Source: the human T2T-CHM13v2.0 reference genome, Homo sapiens. Taken from it: 64,000 bases of DNA. A program made the position numbers and the translations under genes. Under the pieces are notes generated by a model. It was not told the origin of the DNA. It searched no databases and saw only the letters and a list, made by a program, of their open reading frames with translations. The stretch is from the NCBI RefSeq assembly GCF_009914755.1, contig NC_060941.1. One strand, 5' to 3'. This document shows positions 29,923 to 49,294 of this stretch, in pieces; position 1 is the first letter of the stretch, and each line of letters begins with the position of its first letter.

Positions 29923-30953
29923 AGGAGGTCGAGGGTCAAAATGGGGAAACCACTTGGGAAGACATTGCAATAACCAGTCAAGAGTTAATGGTGGCCTAGA
30001 CGCAGCTAATAACAGGAGGTGATGAGAAATTGTAGGATTCCGTATTCTCTATTAAGGTTGTGGCATCAGCATTTGCTGTTGGATATATGACAGGTTTGCT
30101 ACAATCTATTTTGGAGATCTAGGGCTTCATCAAATCAACTGTTAGTTTAGTCACTTGTTTTATTTGATTCAGATCACATGAAACCAGGGAGAAAAGGGCC
30201 GTAAGTGTTAAAAGACACATGCAGTAAAGCGAAAGTCTGATCCTTAGAGAATTCTGGCCTCAACCAAACAATTCAAACATTTTCAAACATGCTGGAATAA
30301 GCAAGAAACAAAACATACTTTGACAGATAATTTATTTCTAAACTATATGGATCTGAAGTGTAACTGAATCCAGCTGTTTCTCCTCCTTTGCTCTTTCTCT
30401 CTCCCATCTCTTTGATGAGGCACTGACAGCCTCAGAACACGTCAAGTGTAAAGTTTGCACAGTGGGACAAAACGTTTTGTTATTCACAATGACTCTGACC
30501 TCAGGAAGGCTGAGTTTTCATCTATAAATCATCACCCAGACATCCAAGTGCTGCAACAGTTGGCAAGACCCTCTATCCAACTGCAACAAGGCCAAAGTCG
30601 GGCATGCCCCAGGAAAAGCCTTTATCTCAAGGTAGAAGAGAAAGCGCTCCATGACTGCTCTTCGTCTCTTCTCTTTTTCAGCTCTGCCTGCACTAATTCT
30701 CAGGTCCAGAAACCTGCCTTCTGTCTTTCACCGAGGAGTCCTTGCAGAAGTGTCCCCTTTATCTGGTGGCTGTTTCTTCCATCTGCTTTATCCGCTTGAA
30801 CACTTGATCTTTTCTGAAGGGCCTTTGCAAAAGGTGAGGCAGATTGTGTCTCCCCAGCCTCAACTTAAAGGCTACTTTTGTACTGAAGCCTTCCTTAAGT
30901 CTTCCCAAACGACCTGACCTTCCCTTGTTATTGGCCTTTGTAGTCAGTGCAAG

Positions 30954-31294
30954 TGCTGTGATCTGAATGCTTGTGTTCCTTCCAAACTTTATATCCTGAA
31001 ATCCTTATCCCCAGGGAGATGGTTTCAGGAGGTGGGGCTGTTGGGAGGTGATTAGGTCATAGGAATGAAGCCCTTATGAATGAGATTAGTGCCCTTATAA
31101 AAGATTCGTGCCCTTCCACCATGTGAGGTTGCAGTGAAAAGATGACTGTCTATGATGAATGGGCCCTCACTGCGCACCGAATCTGCCAGCATCTTGACCT
31201 TGGACTTCCCAGCTTCCAGAATTGTGAGAAATCTGTTGTTTGTAAACTTCCTGATCTACTGAATTTTGTATAGAAGCCTAAATAAACTAAGGCA
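30954..31294 (+). mobile_element. MLT1A-like LTR
   Basis: GGGAGGTGATTAGGTCAT; TTGGACTTCCCAGCTTCCAGAATTGTGAGAAAT. Confidence 0.8.
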
Positions 31295-31909
31295 ACTTTG
31301 AAGATCCACGTTTTCAGCACCTAGTATATATGTAGCCATCCTTCTAATGTCTGTTATATCCTCTATGCACTGAAGCACTGTTAAGAATAGCCTGAAGCCT
31401 GCCTGATTCACTCCTGCATGCCCAGCCTCCAGCAGTGTGCCTCAGACTCGAGCATTCAGTTAATAACTGAAAAACTGCTGTGTGCCTGGCACTATGCTAG
31501 GCTCTGAGTACACACCGATGCTCGACAAAGATTGGGTACCATGTGATGAAATTCAGATGTAAACATGTTCTAAATTCTTTATTATTTTACTAAAATGAGG
31601 TCTTATGTCCAAATTTCTAGTATCGAGAAAAGGTATCATCATTATATCTCTAAATCTCCAAGGTAGAAATGTTACTTTCTCCATTTTTTTGTATGAAGTA
31701 CCAAGTCTTATAGTTTACTTCTTTCAAATAGTGCTTATAGTCACATTTTCTTTCATTTTTCTTACACTAATTTTTGGTCCTTTTCATGCCTGAATTACTA
31801 AAATAGCTATTTCATTCTTTCTTCTTTCCTGGAGGTAATCTGGTATATAGCATCATAAATCTGGTGCGTATTCAAATACGTATGCGTGTTCAAATTCTAT
31901 ACTTTTGCT

Positions 31910-32037
31910 ATTATGTGTATAATATATGTATATATGTATGTATATATACACATACATATATAAATATGTTTATATATGTTTATATAGTATGTATCACACA
32001 CATGCACACAAATGTACTTAATATGTGTATGTATATA
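31910..32037. repeat. Degenerate (TA)/(CA)/(TG) microsatellite
   Basis: Alternating RY low-complexity tract. Confidence 0.8.
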
Positions 32038-32371
32038 CAATTGTCCTTTTGTTTCTGTGGAGGATTGGTTCCAGGACCTCTCATGGATACCAAAATCCAC
32101 AGATTCTGAAGTCCTTGAAATAAATAGTGTACTATTTCTATATAACCTTTCTAAATCCTCCTGTGTACTTCAAATCATCTCTAGATTACTTGTAACATCG
32201 AATACAATGTAGATGCTATGTAAATAATTGTTATACTACTTGTTTAGAGAATAATGACAAGAAAAAAACACCTGTGCATGTTCAGGTGCAATTTTGGGGA
32301 GGGGGATATTTTACATCTGAAAGTTGGTTGAGTCCACAGATGTGGAACCCACAGATACAGAGGGCCGACTG
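32038..32371. mobile_element. MER2
   Basis: GGATTGGTTCCAGGACC...GATACCAAAATCC; GAGGGCCGACTG-TA end. Confidence 0.85.
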
Positions 32372-32549
32372 TATAAAATAGGTTTATGTGCTTTTAAACA
32401 TTTACGTGAGTGATGTAATATTGTGTGGAACATTCTGTGGCATGCATTTCATTTGTTTTGTTAATTTTATCTTTTATAAAATATATATGACTTTTTATAA
32501 TAATTTTTAAAATAAAGGTTATTATAATGAGGGGATTGGGAATTCCTGT

Positions 32550-34470
<1,921 letters not shown>

Positions 34471-35857
34471 TTTAGAATTAGGGGAAGCTTGTCATAATTT
34501 CAGTTGTGGAAAATATGAAGTACATTGGCAGTATGATTGTTTACATAATTTTTATAATTTTTCTGTAAAATTAACTTTTGCATGTTCAGTCATTTCTGTT
34601 AAAGTCTTGACCAAAATATTTTCTATGATTTTCAACAAATAGGAGCATCTACTCTCCTATGATTCTCTAGCTTATATTTAGTTTTCTACTGAACACTAGC
34701 GAACAAATACATTTCCTGTGTTTAATTTGTATTATTGGTGGGGTTGCTTCTATATTCCAGAGAAATTACTTATCTTGCCCAGATGGTGACTCACATAAAT
34801 ACATGAGGATTCAGGGACTAATGATTAGATCACCAAGGAGGTATGAGGGACCTCCCAAGAGGCCAGAGCAAACAAGCATCTCAACCACCAGACTGGCACT
34901 CAGGGAAGGGGAGGGAGGACATTTGATCAGACCTAACACATCTCTGAGAAAGCCTAGGATGAATCTCCATTCCCAGGGATCTGTTGGAAATACTCTTCTA
35001 CCTTGGAATTTGGTTTGGAAAAAGGGGCTCCAGAGCGAGTTACTACTGAGAGGATCTTGGAATTTTTCCATGTAACAACTTCCCACAGGCCAGAACATAC
35101 CATTCGAGTCAATGGACAAAGTGTGGGCAGGTTCTTCAGAGCAGGCTAAAAAGAATTTCACGCACAAATTCTCCATTTGTCTGTCTTTTTACATCCTTCT
35201 CTTGATTCATCTCCCTCCTATGTTTCAAAGGTAGATTTTTTCCTTGTCTAAGTTCATGGGATACCTAGCATACGAACAATCTTTTCTTTCAACAATTCTT
35301 TCTTCATTGCAAAAAGACATTTATTGAGCACCTTCTATGTTCAGGGAATGGGCTTGGGAGCTAAAGTTATACAAACATTTAAGATATAGTTTCTGCTGTT
35401 GAGTGGTTTACAATCTTAACTAGGTAATCTTGATTTTAAAACAGTATAACCCCAAACTCCCCCCACACTCCCACCAGCTGCAAACACACACTATAGCAGA
35501 ACTACTGCTGGGGAATGTGGCTTCTTGCTCCTGAATTTAAGATGCTCTCGTTGGATGCCCAGAGAAGGTTCTGGACAAAGAAACTGGAATAATAGGCTGT
35601 AAAGGCCTAAAATGTAGGCAGATAATCGTATCAGAGGGGTTGGGGATCCTGTACTGCACCACCTGGTCATGAGAAATGAGAGAGAGGTCACAGGCTGAGG
35701 TCTTTAAATCTCAGCAAACCTCCTTGCCAACAACCGATGACCGCAGATGTTGGAGCTCTGACTAGTTTCCACCCCTTTCTCCTACAGTCTTTTACAGTTG
35801 GCACCCAACTGTCTTAAACTCAGGAGCAGGAAGCCACATACCCCGGCAGGGTTCTGG

Positions 35858-35928
35858 TTAGGCTGGTGCAAAAGTAATTGCGGTTTTTGCTATTGGTTTT
35901 AAACACAATCACTTTTGCATCAACCTAA
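35858..35928. mobile_element. MADE1 (Hsmar1 MITE)
   Basis: TTAGGCTGGTGCAAAAGTAATTGCGGTTTTTGC ... ACTTTTGCATCAACCTAA. Confidence 0.9.
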
Positions 35929-36537
35929 AATTTGCAGCAGATGAAGTATGAGGTGGGAAAGGGGTTTGGGTGTATTTGCTCAGCTACTTATAAGGCAGCA
36001 CTGTATTTCCCATTTCTCCTAGGATGTAGGTGCCCTTGCCTGCCTTCCCACCTTGGCATCTCCAATTGCCCACTCCCCATCTCGCTTTCATTAACCCCCA
36101 ATTTCCTCATCCCCAAGACACCTTTAAGCACTGTGGTCCTCAACATTCACTTAGTCCTTGGCTTATACTGCTTTACCCTGGCAATGTTTGAAACTCATAG
36201 TTACCAATACAGAGGCTGAAAATTGGATTTTGGCTCTGCCACTCCACAGTTTCCTCACCTGTAACCTGGGGAGGTAGCTAGAAAACCTCACCCAGGGTAA
36301 GAGCAGGGTCATCATAGGGGAAGACGAATTTGCGATTGGTCTTGAAGTTAGGGTAGAAGTTCTATAGTTAGAAGTGGCCCAAAGGAAACTATTCTAGAAA
36401 GGGAGAATAATGTGAGCACATCCTTGGAGAAGAGAAATCATGTGGTTTGTTCAGAAAGCATAAAGAAAGCCAGTGTTGGAGGGTGTAGACCATGAGTGAG
36501 AGGACTGTGGGAAGGCAAGTTTTGAGTGTTCAGCTGA

Positions 36538-37910
<1,373 letters not shown>

Positions 37911-39279
37911 TTAAGACTTGATGAACACTGCCAGTTCAATCACACAGTTTATTAAAAGCGCAAATGTCCTTGGAAGTCTAAGGCAGGAACAGAAGGCTTT
38001 GAAATGTACTTGACAACTGGCCTTTAAGTCATTACTTCGAACCTTCATTTCTCCAGCAGCTCTCAGCATCATCCTTGGAGATAGTATATCCCAAGCTCTC
38101 AAACTTCAACAAGCACAAGAACAACCAGACATAAGTGTTCACAGGCAGATTCTTGGGACTTACACTCCATTTCTCTTAGGGATTCTGATATCAATTATCC
38201 AGAAGCTATAATATGAGAAGCACTAGGCTAGAAGGACTGCTTATCATCATCAAGTAAAGGATTCTGGAAAAAATGGGGAATTGGAAAATATTAATTTTTT
38301 TGCACCAAAAAGCTTTGGATTTGCTGTATTGGTCTGTAACTTGCCCCAGCCCTGCTGTAGCTGGACATTTATCACAGTTAAAGTAGAAATAACACCATTA
38401 GCCTTTCAAGCAGTGATAAAATTAGCAGTGTAAACAAAGCAAGTAAATGACCTTAGTCAGATTCCTTGTTGACTCTGACCCAACACCTACCAAGATGATT
38501 AGTCAGGGCAAATGAGAACAGGGTGAAGAGGCCCCTGTGAGGAGAAAGATCCTCTCCCTGTTTACTTCCTGAGGATCCTCCAGCACACAGGACGGTTCCT
38601 AAAATGCCTGCAAATGATTAGGGCTCTGAATGTTTAGCGCTTTGGCCCCAATTCTGTGCCAAACTCTGTCATGGTTATTTTTTTCCAGGAGGGAAAGTTC
38701 CTTCCAACTTAGAGTCTTACTGCTGTGAATATTCCGGCTTCCTGAGAAAGGGGTGTTCTCTCCTAGAGTTCCAGCAACGCAGAATTCAGGGTGGGAAATG
38801 GGCCACAATAGTCACTTCCATTTTTCAGAAGATGGGCCCTGCATTGGGTGGATGGAAACTGTGCTGGTTGGTCCGAGACAGACATGAGTATAAACCTTGT
38901 CTCTTCCCGCTGGCCTTCTCAATTAGCCAAATTCAAAGTGAGCTCCTCTTCTTCCAAACTGCTTGTCTGTGTTACTGACTTGGGCTCCTTCTGCTATGTT
39001 CTGTTTTTGATTGCATTGTTTCCTCTCCTAATTGTTAAGTTATTGAGGACAGGGGCCCTGCATTATACTTCTTTTTGTCTTCCTGGTATAAAAAGTCCAG
39101 GATCTGATTCAGAGGGCCTGTCTTGCTGTCCTGGTTTTAACATTGCTGAGGAGGGAAACAGCCCTTTTATTCTCCACCTAACACTTCCCAAGAGAACAAA
39201 ATCTTAATATATTTCAGATGACAGATACTAGGGGCTAGGTTGACAGGTAAGCCATGTGTTAAAAGGTCCAAGTTTACAG

Positions 39280-39440
39280 GTGAGTGTGTGTACGTGTGTG
39301 TGTGTGTATGTGCATGTGTCTATGTGTGTGTGTGTGCTCATGTGCATGCATGCACGTTTGTGTGCATACACACGTGCATGTGTACACATGTGCATGTGTG
39401 TTTATGTGTGTGTTTACATATGTGTGCGTGTGTGTGTGCA
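39280..39440. repeat. Complex (TG)/(CA) RY microsatellite
   Basis: ~160 bp of mostly alternating TG/CA. Confidence 0.9.
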
Positions 39441-40220
39441 TTACCCTGTTCCTTCCTTCCTCCTATGCAGCTGGAGCAGTAAGCTTAGCACCTGAAGGTG
39501 TGGGAGGGGTACCCTTCTCTTTGCATTCTTATCCCCTACATGCCCACATGGATGTGGCCAGGAGCTCATTGGAAATTAGGCCAAGCTAGTACTGGTTATT
39601 CATGGCAAATATAACAAATATATGCTCTTCCCTGGCTGTCTGGGCTCTCTCTGGCTCTATTCTCCTCTTTCACTCCATGTAAACTAGCCTCAGTATCATG
39701 CTCCAGCAGGGTAGAGCAGAGAACTCAGCATCAGGAATTAAGCTTACAGCCCATCTGCCAGTGCTTTGCGCATACATCCTTCTCTTGGGAAACCTATGAG
39801 GAAGAGTATCTTAGGTTTGGTCTCCTGGTCTGTTGCCATCAATGAGCCTGTGAATCCCAAGTTTTCCCTCACTCTCTGCTCTGTTCCAGCACTGTGCCTT
39901 CTTGTGCATGACATAAATGCTCTGAATCACAGTTTTTGCCTCTATCAAATGGACATAATGGCATTCATGATCATGCTCACAGAGATTTAAACGCAATAAC
40001 TTGGTATATTCTAGAAGCGTATTCAAAAGGAACTTTTTTATTGTCTCGTTCCTCAGGCTTAGTATGATTTCTCGATGGAGTGGAGATAATGAATCCTTAT
40101 GGGATGGCTGATTGAACAGATAAGATGTGATTCTCACCTATACCAGCTGAATTAATGCATCTATTGAGAGGTGATTTTCTATTTTTAAAGAAAGTATCAT
40201 GCAGCAGAACTACCTGGTGA

Positions 40221-40651
<431 letters not shown>

Positions 40652-41333
40652 TGGAGTAGCTGTTTTTGAAGAGGGCTCTCTTAATTAAACCAGTATGGTT
40701 TGGCCAACTCGTTATGGTTGCTCTAAGCAAATTTTGATCGACTTTTACGCTGTATGTGTTTACAGAGAGCCTGACCTGCAGAAACATATTATCCATATGG
40801 AAATAAGGGAGAAACACAATGATGTATCCGTCTCACATCAGAAGAAAATCTAGGTCTTTTCTCTTGTCTATTTTGTCTTCTGTACCCAAGCTTGCAGAAA
40901 ACCAGACACTTCCAATGAGGACAGTCCCCTGATAAAAAGCCCTCAAGGAAGCCTGCTGTGCTCTGTGTAGTGTCATTGCACTGTGCATGGGGCAGCTGAT
41001 TCCAATCTTGACTCACACACTTGAATGCAAAGTGAGGTTGGATAAGCACAAGGCCTTACGTGTACTTGTACATTGTTAGAAATCAAAACTGGTCGAAGTC
41101 TCTGAGAATTTCAGTCCAACCTCTTATAACTCTATCTTTCTTAGTTTCTTCTTTTCTGCCTGCAAGCATAGTCATATCTCTTGTCTACTAAAACAAAAAC
41201 AAATCTAACAAAGCAAAATAACTTTTCTCTTATCCTACTATCATACTGTAGTGCTGCTGTTTGTCTTTTGTTTTCATACATCTGCAGAGGATGCTACATT
41301 ATCAGACAGTTTGTTTCTTAAATAAATTTTACT

Positions 41334-41622
41334 GGCCGGGCGCGGTGGCTCACGCCTAAAATCCCGCACTTTGGGAGGCCAAGGCGGGTGGATCACGAGG
41401 TCAGGAGTTCAAGACCGGCCTGGCCAAGATGGTGAAACCCCCATCTCTACCAAAAATACAAAAAAATTAGCCGGGTGTGTTGGCGGGTGCCTGTAATCCT
41501 AGCTACTTGGGAGGGTGAGGCAGAGGATTGCTCGAACACGGGAGGTGGAGGTTGCAGTGAGCCAAGATCGCGCCACTGCACTCCAGCCTGGGTGACAAAG
41601 ACTCAAAAAAAAAAAAAAAAAA
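41334..41622 (+). mobile_element. AluS
   Basis: Full dimer. Confidence 0.95.
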
Positions 41623-41632
41623 TTTACTGTGT

Positions 41633-42845
<1,213 letters not shown>

Positions 42846-43010
42846 TTAGACACTATTCACCCACTTCTTAATCCTCTCTGCCCTGACCACCCTGCCCGAA
42901 TTACTTCCTAAAAGGGCTCACGTCAGCTACTTGCCTGGCAAATACAATACCTATTTTTTATTCCTTGGTCCTCTTTGCAGCATTTGATATTATTACATGT
43001 TGTTGTCCAT

Positions 43011-43520
43011 TGTATTCACCATGTCTATTTTCTGGTTTTTGGTGCTTTGATATCTGTGGCTTGCTGAGCCTGGATGATGCTTCCTTCCAGGACTTGCCAA
43101 TCCCTAGAGATAGAATATAATTTTCCCTGCAGCATGCCTTTCAATTCCAACCACCTCCTCTCCAGAAACCTCAGACTCAGGGCCAATATTCCCCTCTCCT
43201 AACCATCCCCGGGCCAGGTCCCAGACATCTGGGGATGGCCCCTACGCCCCAGAGTTCACTGAAGTTATTCAAACCACCAAATCCTAAACCTGCTCACCTT
43301 ACCTCGCCCATTTCCCGATGGAAACCACAAGGAAGGAAGGCTCCTGCCCACATGCCCCCCTGTCCCTCTGCCTCCTGACCAGCCCTGGTACTTCTCCTTG
43401 TGGTCTTACGTCGAGTGTAGTGCTCTTGTTTCTAGGGATCTGTGAGTATAAAATTGTCTTCCTTTCCATGTCTGCATGTCTTACCATACCTAACTGAAAC
43501 AGATCCCAGGTACTTAAAAT
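43011..43520 (+). mobile_element. MER74-like ERVL solo LTR
   Basis: TGTATTCACCATG start; GCCAATCCCTAGAGATAG; GGAAACCACAA; CTGCCTCCTGACC; TTACCATACCT. Confidence 0.75.
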
Positions 43521-43727
43521 ATATCTACTCTTATTTTTGGAAAGTATCAGCTTCCTTGCCTTTGGAACCACTCTCTCTTTGACTTATTTCATTTTTTGCA
43601 TTTTTCTGTTTTTGTTTCTGATTTACTTATTGCAGCTCTAGAATCAGAGTCATCCCTACAAACTAAGGGATTTCTCACTGTGAGATGAAGAGGATGGTAA
43701 GTTAAAAAAAAAAAAAAAAAAAGGCAG

Positions 43728-44102
<375 letters not shown>

Positions 44103-44790
44103 TCATAACACATGCATTGAACATGCACTCCTGTAAGAAGAAATCGGAAAGCATCTTTATTTTAACTCTCACCGTCCCTTTAAAGTTGTGCTTGCCTTTG
44201 GATGAAAATGGCAAGACCCAGGGTTGTGCACTGTGATTCTCATGCTAATCTGAATTCAGTTATTAGAATGGCCAATTCCATGTAGTCACCAAAACTCCAA
44301 ACCTGACTTAGCATTGTCTTTCCCGCCTCCCCCCACCCTCTTTTCTAAGAATGGCTTCAGTCGACTCGACCACCTGCTGCCTGGGAGGAAGGTTGTAGTC
44401 AACTTTTTCTTTCTTTCTGGTTGATCTCTACCAGCATCCTGCTAACTTTAGCATTCGTTCCTTCCAGGGCTGGAACACAGGAAGAGAGGAAGAGAGAAGT
44501 ACTGTGATTTCTCGCTTGACTGATATTGTCACAAGATGGCTTTGCTCTCGTCCTGAGAAGGACAAAAGCTGGCTCTTGCTCCAAAGAGGGCATCTGTGGC
44601 TCTGCAGAGATGCTGCTGCTGTGGGGCCTTGCTAACTTCAAACCCTGGACGTCTCTTTTGGCTGTCCCTCTGGGGGACACCCTCAGCCCCTGGATTTCTG
44701 GTTGTCCTCTCTGCACAACATTTACTCTGTGGAACTCTTTCAGGCAGTCTTCTAGTGCAGGATTTAAAATAGCTCTAGGACAGCATTCTT

Positions 44791-45576
<786 letters not shown>

Positions 45577-45761
45577 TCTAGGACAGCATTCTTATTTAAG
45601 ACCTATAGGTGATCCCTTTCCTTTGGGGAGAAGCCCAGTCACTTCTAGATGTTGACCTCGCCACTGCTGCCACTCGCCGCTTTGCCTTTCCCTGTGTGAT
45701 TCTGGGCCGTGGTGCTGCCTACCTACAGGAAGTACATCTTAAACCCGGTCAGGAGGTTTGA

Positions 45762-46017
45762 GGCTGGTCAGGAGGCAGAGGGACAGGGGGGCATATGGGC
45801 AGGAGCCTGCCTTTCTTGTGGTTTCCGTCGGGAAATGGGCTAGGTAGGGTGAGCAGGTTTAGGATTTCGTGGTTTGAATAATTTCAGTGGACTCTGGGGC
45901 GTAGGGGCCATCCCCAGATGTCTGGGACCTGGCCCTGGGATGGTTAGGAGAGGGGAATGTTGGCCCTGAGTTTGAGGTTTCTGGAGAGGAGGTGGTTGGA
46001 ATTGAAAAGCATGCTGC
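45762..46017 (-). repeat. Inverted copy of 43129-43384 (MER74 internal part)
   Basis: 256 bp, 13 substitutions, no indels by manual alignment. Confidence 0.95.
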
Positions 46018-46496
46018 GAAAAGTTAACCATTTCGCCCTCTCTCACTAGGCTTGTGTTTAGAAGGAAGCGCCACCCACAGGTGCCCTCTTGGTGGGCAAT
46101 GAACTTCAACAGAAAGACATTTCTTTCTCAGGAAATATTTTTCCATTTCTTTGGAGAAGAGCTTTGGAAATGCTCCCCCTGGAACATTCCTGGGTATCTT
46201 TTCTATCTCCTCCAAGTTCCACAATCAAAACTTCCACTCTAGCATCACATAACACATTTTTTAAGAGTTAAGGAAAAGTAAGAAGAATTCTTCAATGATT
46301 TTAGTATACCTAGGTTTTTAATGATCTTCATTTAAACGATGTCACTACAAATATTTAAAGTTATATATGCAAGACAGGCATTAAGTATGATGTTTCTCCT
46401 TACAAATGTAAAGAAAAATCAGGCTAGACTCTCTAACACTTGGTTTTCTATGCCTGTGTAAAATCTCTCTGTTTGGACAAAGCCATGATCTATATC

Positions 46497-46650
46497 AGCG
46501 GTCCTCAAACCTGGCAGTACATCAAATATAACCTGAGGGACTTATTTAAAATTCAGATGTCAGGCTCTATTCCAGACCTACTAAATCAGCCTCCAGGCCA
46601 TTGGTGTTCTTATCAAACTGCACTTTTGATGCTCTTGCACAAGTAAGTTC
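46497..46650. mobile_element. MER5-type MITE
   Basis: CAGCGGTCCTCAAACC...CCAGACCTACTAAATCAG. Confidence 0.6.
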
Positions 46651-47687
46651 AACGATCTCCTGGTGGTGGCTGGTCAGAAATACTAATGCCACCTTGAAAG
46701 ACGTACACAGCCCCTGATGGGCAAGTCTCGTGAACTCAAACTTAAAAATTTCAGTCTCCCCAGTAGTTCTATTGGGAGTAAATTCCAGCAAAGTCTTATT
46801 TGTATTTATTTGTCAAGAGGGCTTCTCTATCTCTGCTCCTGAATAGTGAAACCCCACCTCCAGGTCTACTAGTCAGCGCTCTGTTGAGTCCATTGTTATG
46901 GAATGTCCCTGTTTAACAGGGTTGCTAGGAAAGCCTGACTCACAACCTTCAACCCCATGGTTTCTATGTTCCGATGCTAAGTCCTTTATTAACCAGTTTA
47001 TCCACTTGTTCTTTACTAGGCTTGACTCCTTGGGTCTCTGCTGCCAACTCTCTTGTTTTGTGTCTTGGTAGTCTTGGGGATTTTAAACATTTCACTCTTT
47101 TCTCTTACTCCTTAATCAGAGAATGGAAGTTCTCCATGGCTGTCATCAGTAACCTCTGGGTATGAAAAATTACATCAAAAGTTCCTGGCCATTCAAATGT
47201 TTTCCTGGTCTGCTATTTTGATTTTGTCTTCTACCAGTGGTAAAAAGCTTTCTGTCCTAATTCACAGTTTCAGCTTTGATGCTGAGAGTTATTTGGGAAA
47301 TGCTAAGAGAGGTAGGTGGTGATGGCTAAGGTAGAAGACATGTGGCGGGGAGGTTCTAGGATGTTAGTCAGAATTTATAGCTCTCCCCTTCATCACTCTA
47401 AAATCTAGACAACTGAAATCATTCTGACTCTTCTCTCTGCTTCCAATCTCCCTCAGGCTTCACCTCCTTTTACTTTCTTAGTCACACAGCTACTAGAGTT
47501 ACTCTTATAATTGAGATCACCCCAGCCTAATTCTTCCCTACCTCACCCCATTCTTCATGGTTTCCTGTGATCCACAGATTGAAGTCCAGAATGGCTTGGT
47601 GCTTTGGGGGCATTTCCAGTTTTGACTTCCATTTCTCTCAGCTATAATCCTAAATTTTTCAACTTTCTCATGATCCTCCAAATATGT

Positions 47688-48361
<674 letters not shown>

Positions 48362-48759
48362 TATTTCATGCCCTTTCTTGTAAACATGATTTTCCCCTTG
48401 ATGTTTTTCTGGCTGAAATTGGGAAAGAAAATAGAACTCATTTGTTGAGTCGCTACCACACTCCAGGCACTGCAACACATATCTTTACATATACATCATT
48501 CGTTTCTCACAGTAACCCTCTAAAATAGTTACTTGCAGCCCTATTTTATAAATAGGGAAACAGATGATTTAAAATATCTCATCCAGAATTGCATAATTAT
48601 AAGGCTCAAGCTGGAATGAACCTGCATCTGTCAATGCCAAGGGCCACCTATTCACCCTATGCCTTCCTAATATCAATTCTTCCCAAGCTGGGCTTCCATG
48701 TCACTTTTTCCATGAATTCTCTTTCAATTTCTTCCCAGTTCATTGCTCTCATTCCCTAA

Positions 48760-49290
48760 TTCATAAGTAAGTATGTGTTGAGAATGTACTTTATGCCAGA
48801 CACTGTGCTGGTTCCTAGGGGTAGAGGCATGAATGAGACAGAGTGGATTTCTGCCCTCCAGGAGCTTACATTCTCCTGGGGGAAATAAAGAATAAACAAG
48901 CAAACAAAGGACTAAAAAGATAAAGAATGTGTAAGTACTGTAAAAGTGATAAATAAGGCAATAGCAGACAAGAGTATCTGGGAGGGATCTATTTAACATA
49001 TAAAGGATTAGAAAAGGTCTCTAAGACCTGGTATTTGAACTGTGACTTGGAAAATATGACAGAGCCAACTAAATAAGGTGCTGGAGAATGAGCACACCAT
49101 GCAGCGAGAGAAGCAAGTGCAAAGGACCTGGGGCAGGAAATAGCTTTGCACATTTGATCAGCGGTTTTTCTGGGCCATTTGTGAGTGGTAGAAGATTAGC
49201 TTGAAAATTAGTAGGCACTTGGTCATGTAGAGCCATGAGGACACTTTGAGTTTTATTCTAAAAGCAATGTTAAACTTTTGAAGGATTTAA
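48760..49290 (-). mobile_element. L2 fragment
   Basis: TATGCCAGACACTGTGCT; CTGCCCTCCAGGAGCTTACATTCT; GCAAGTGCAAAGGACCTG. Confidence 0.75.
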
Positions 49291-49294
49291 AAAA

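Noticed and set aside
39240-39589. Cys/Val-rich ORFs
   Set aside because: Translations of a TG microsatellite; likewise the ORFs at 28168-28651 and 31864-32109.
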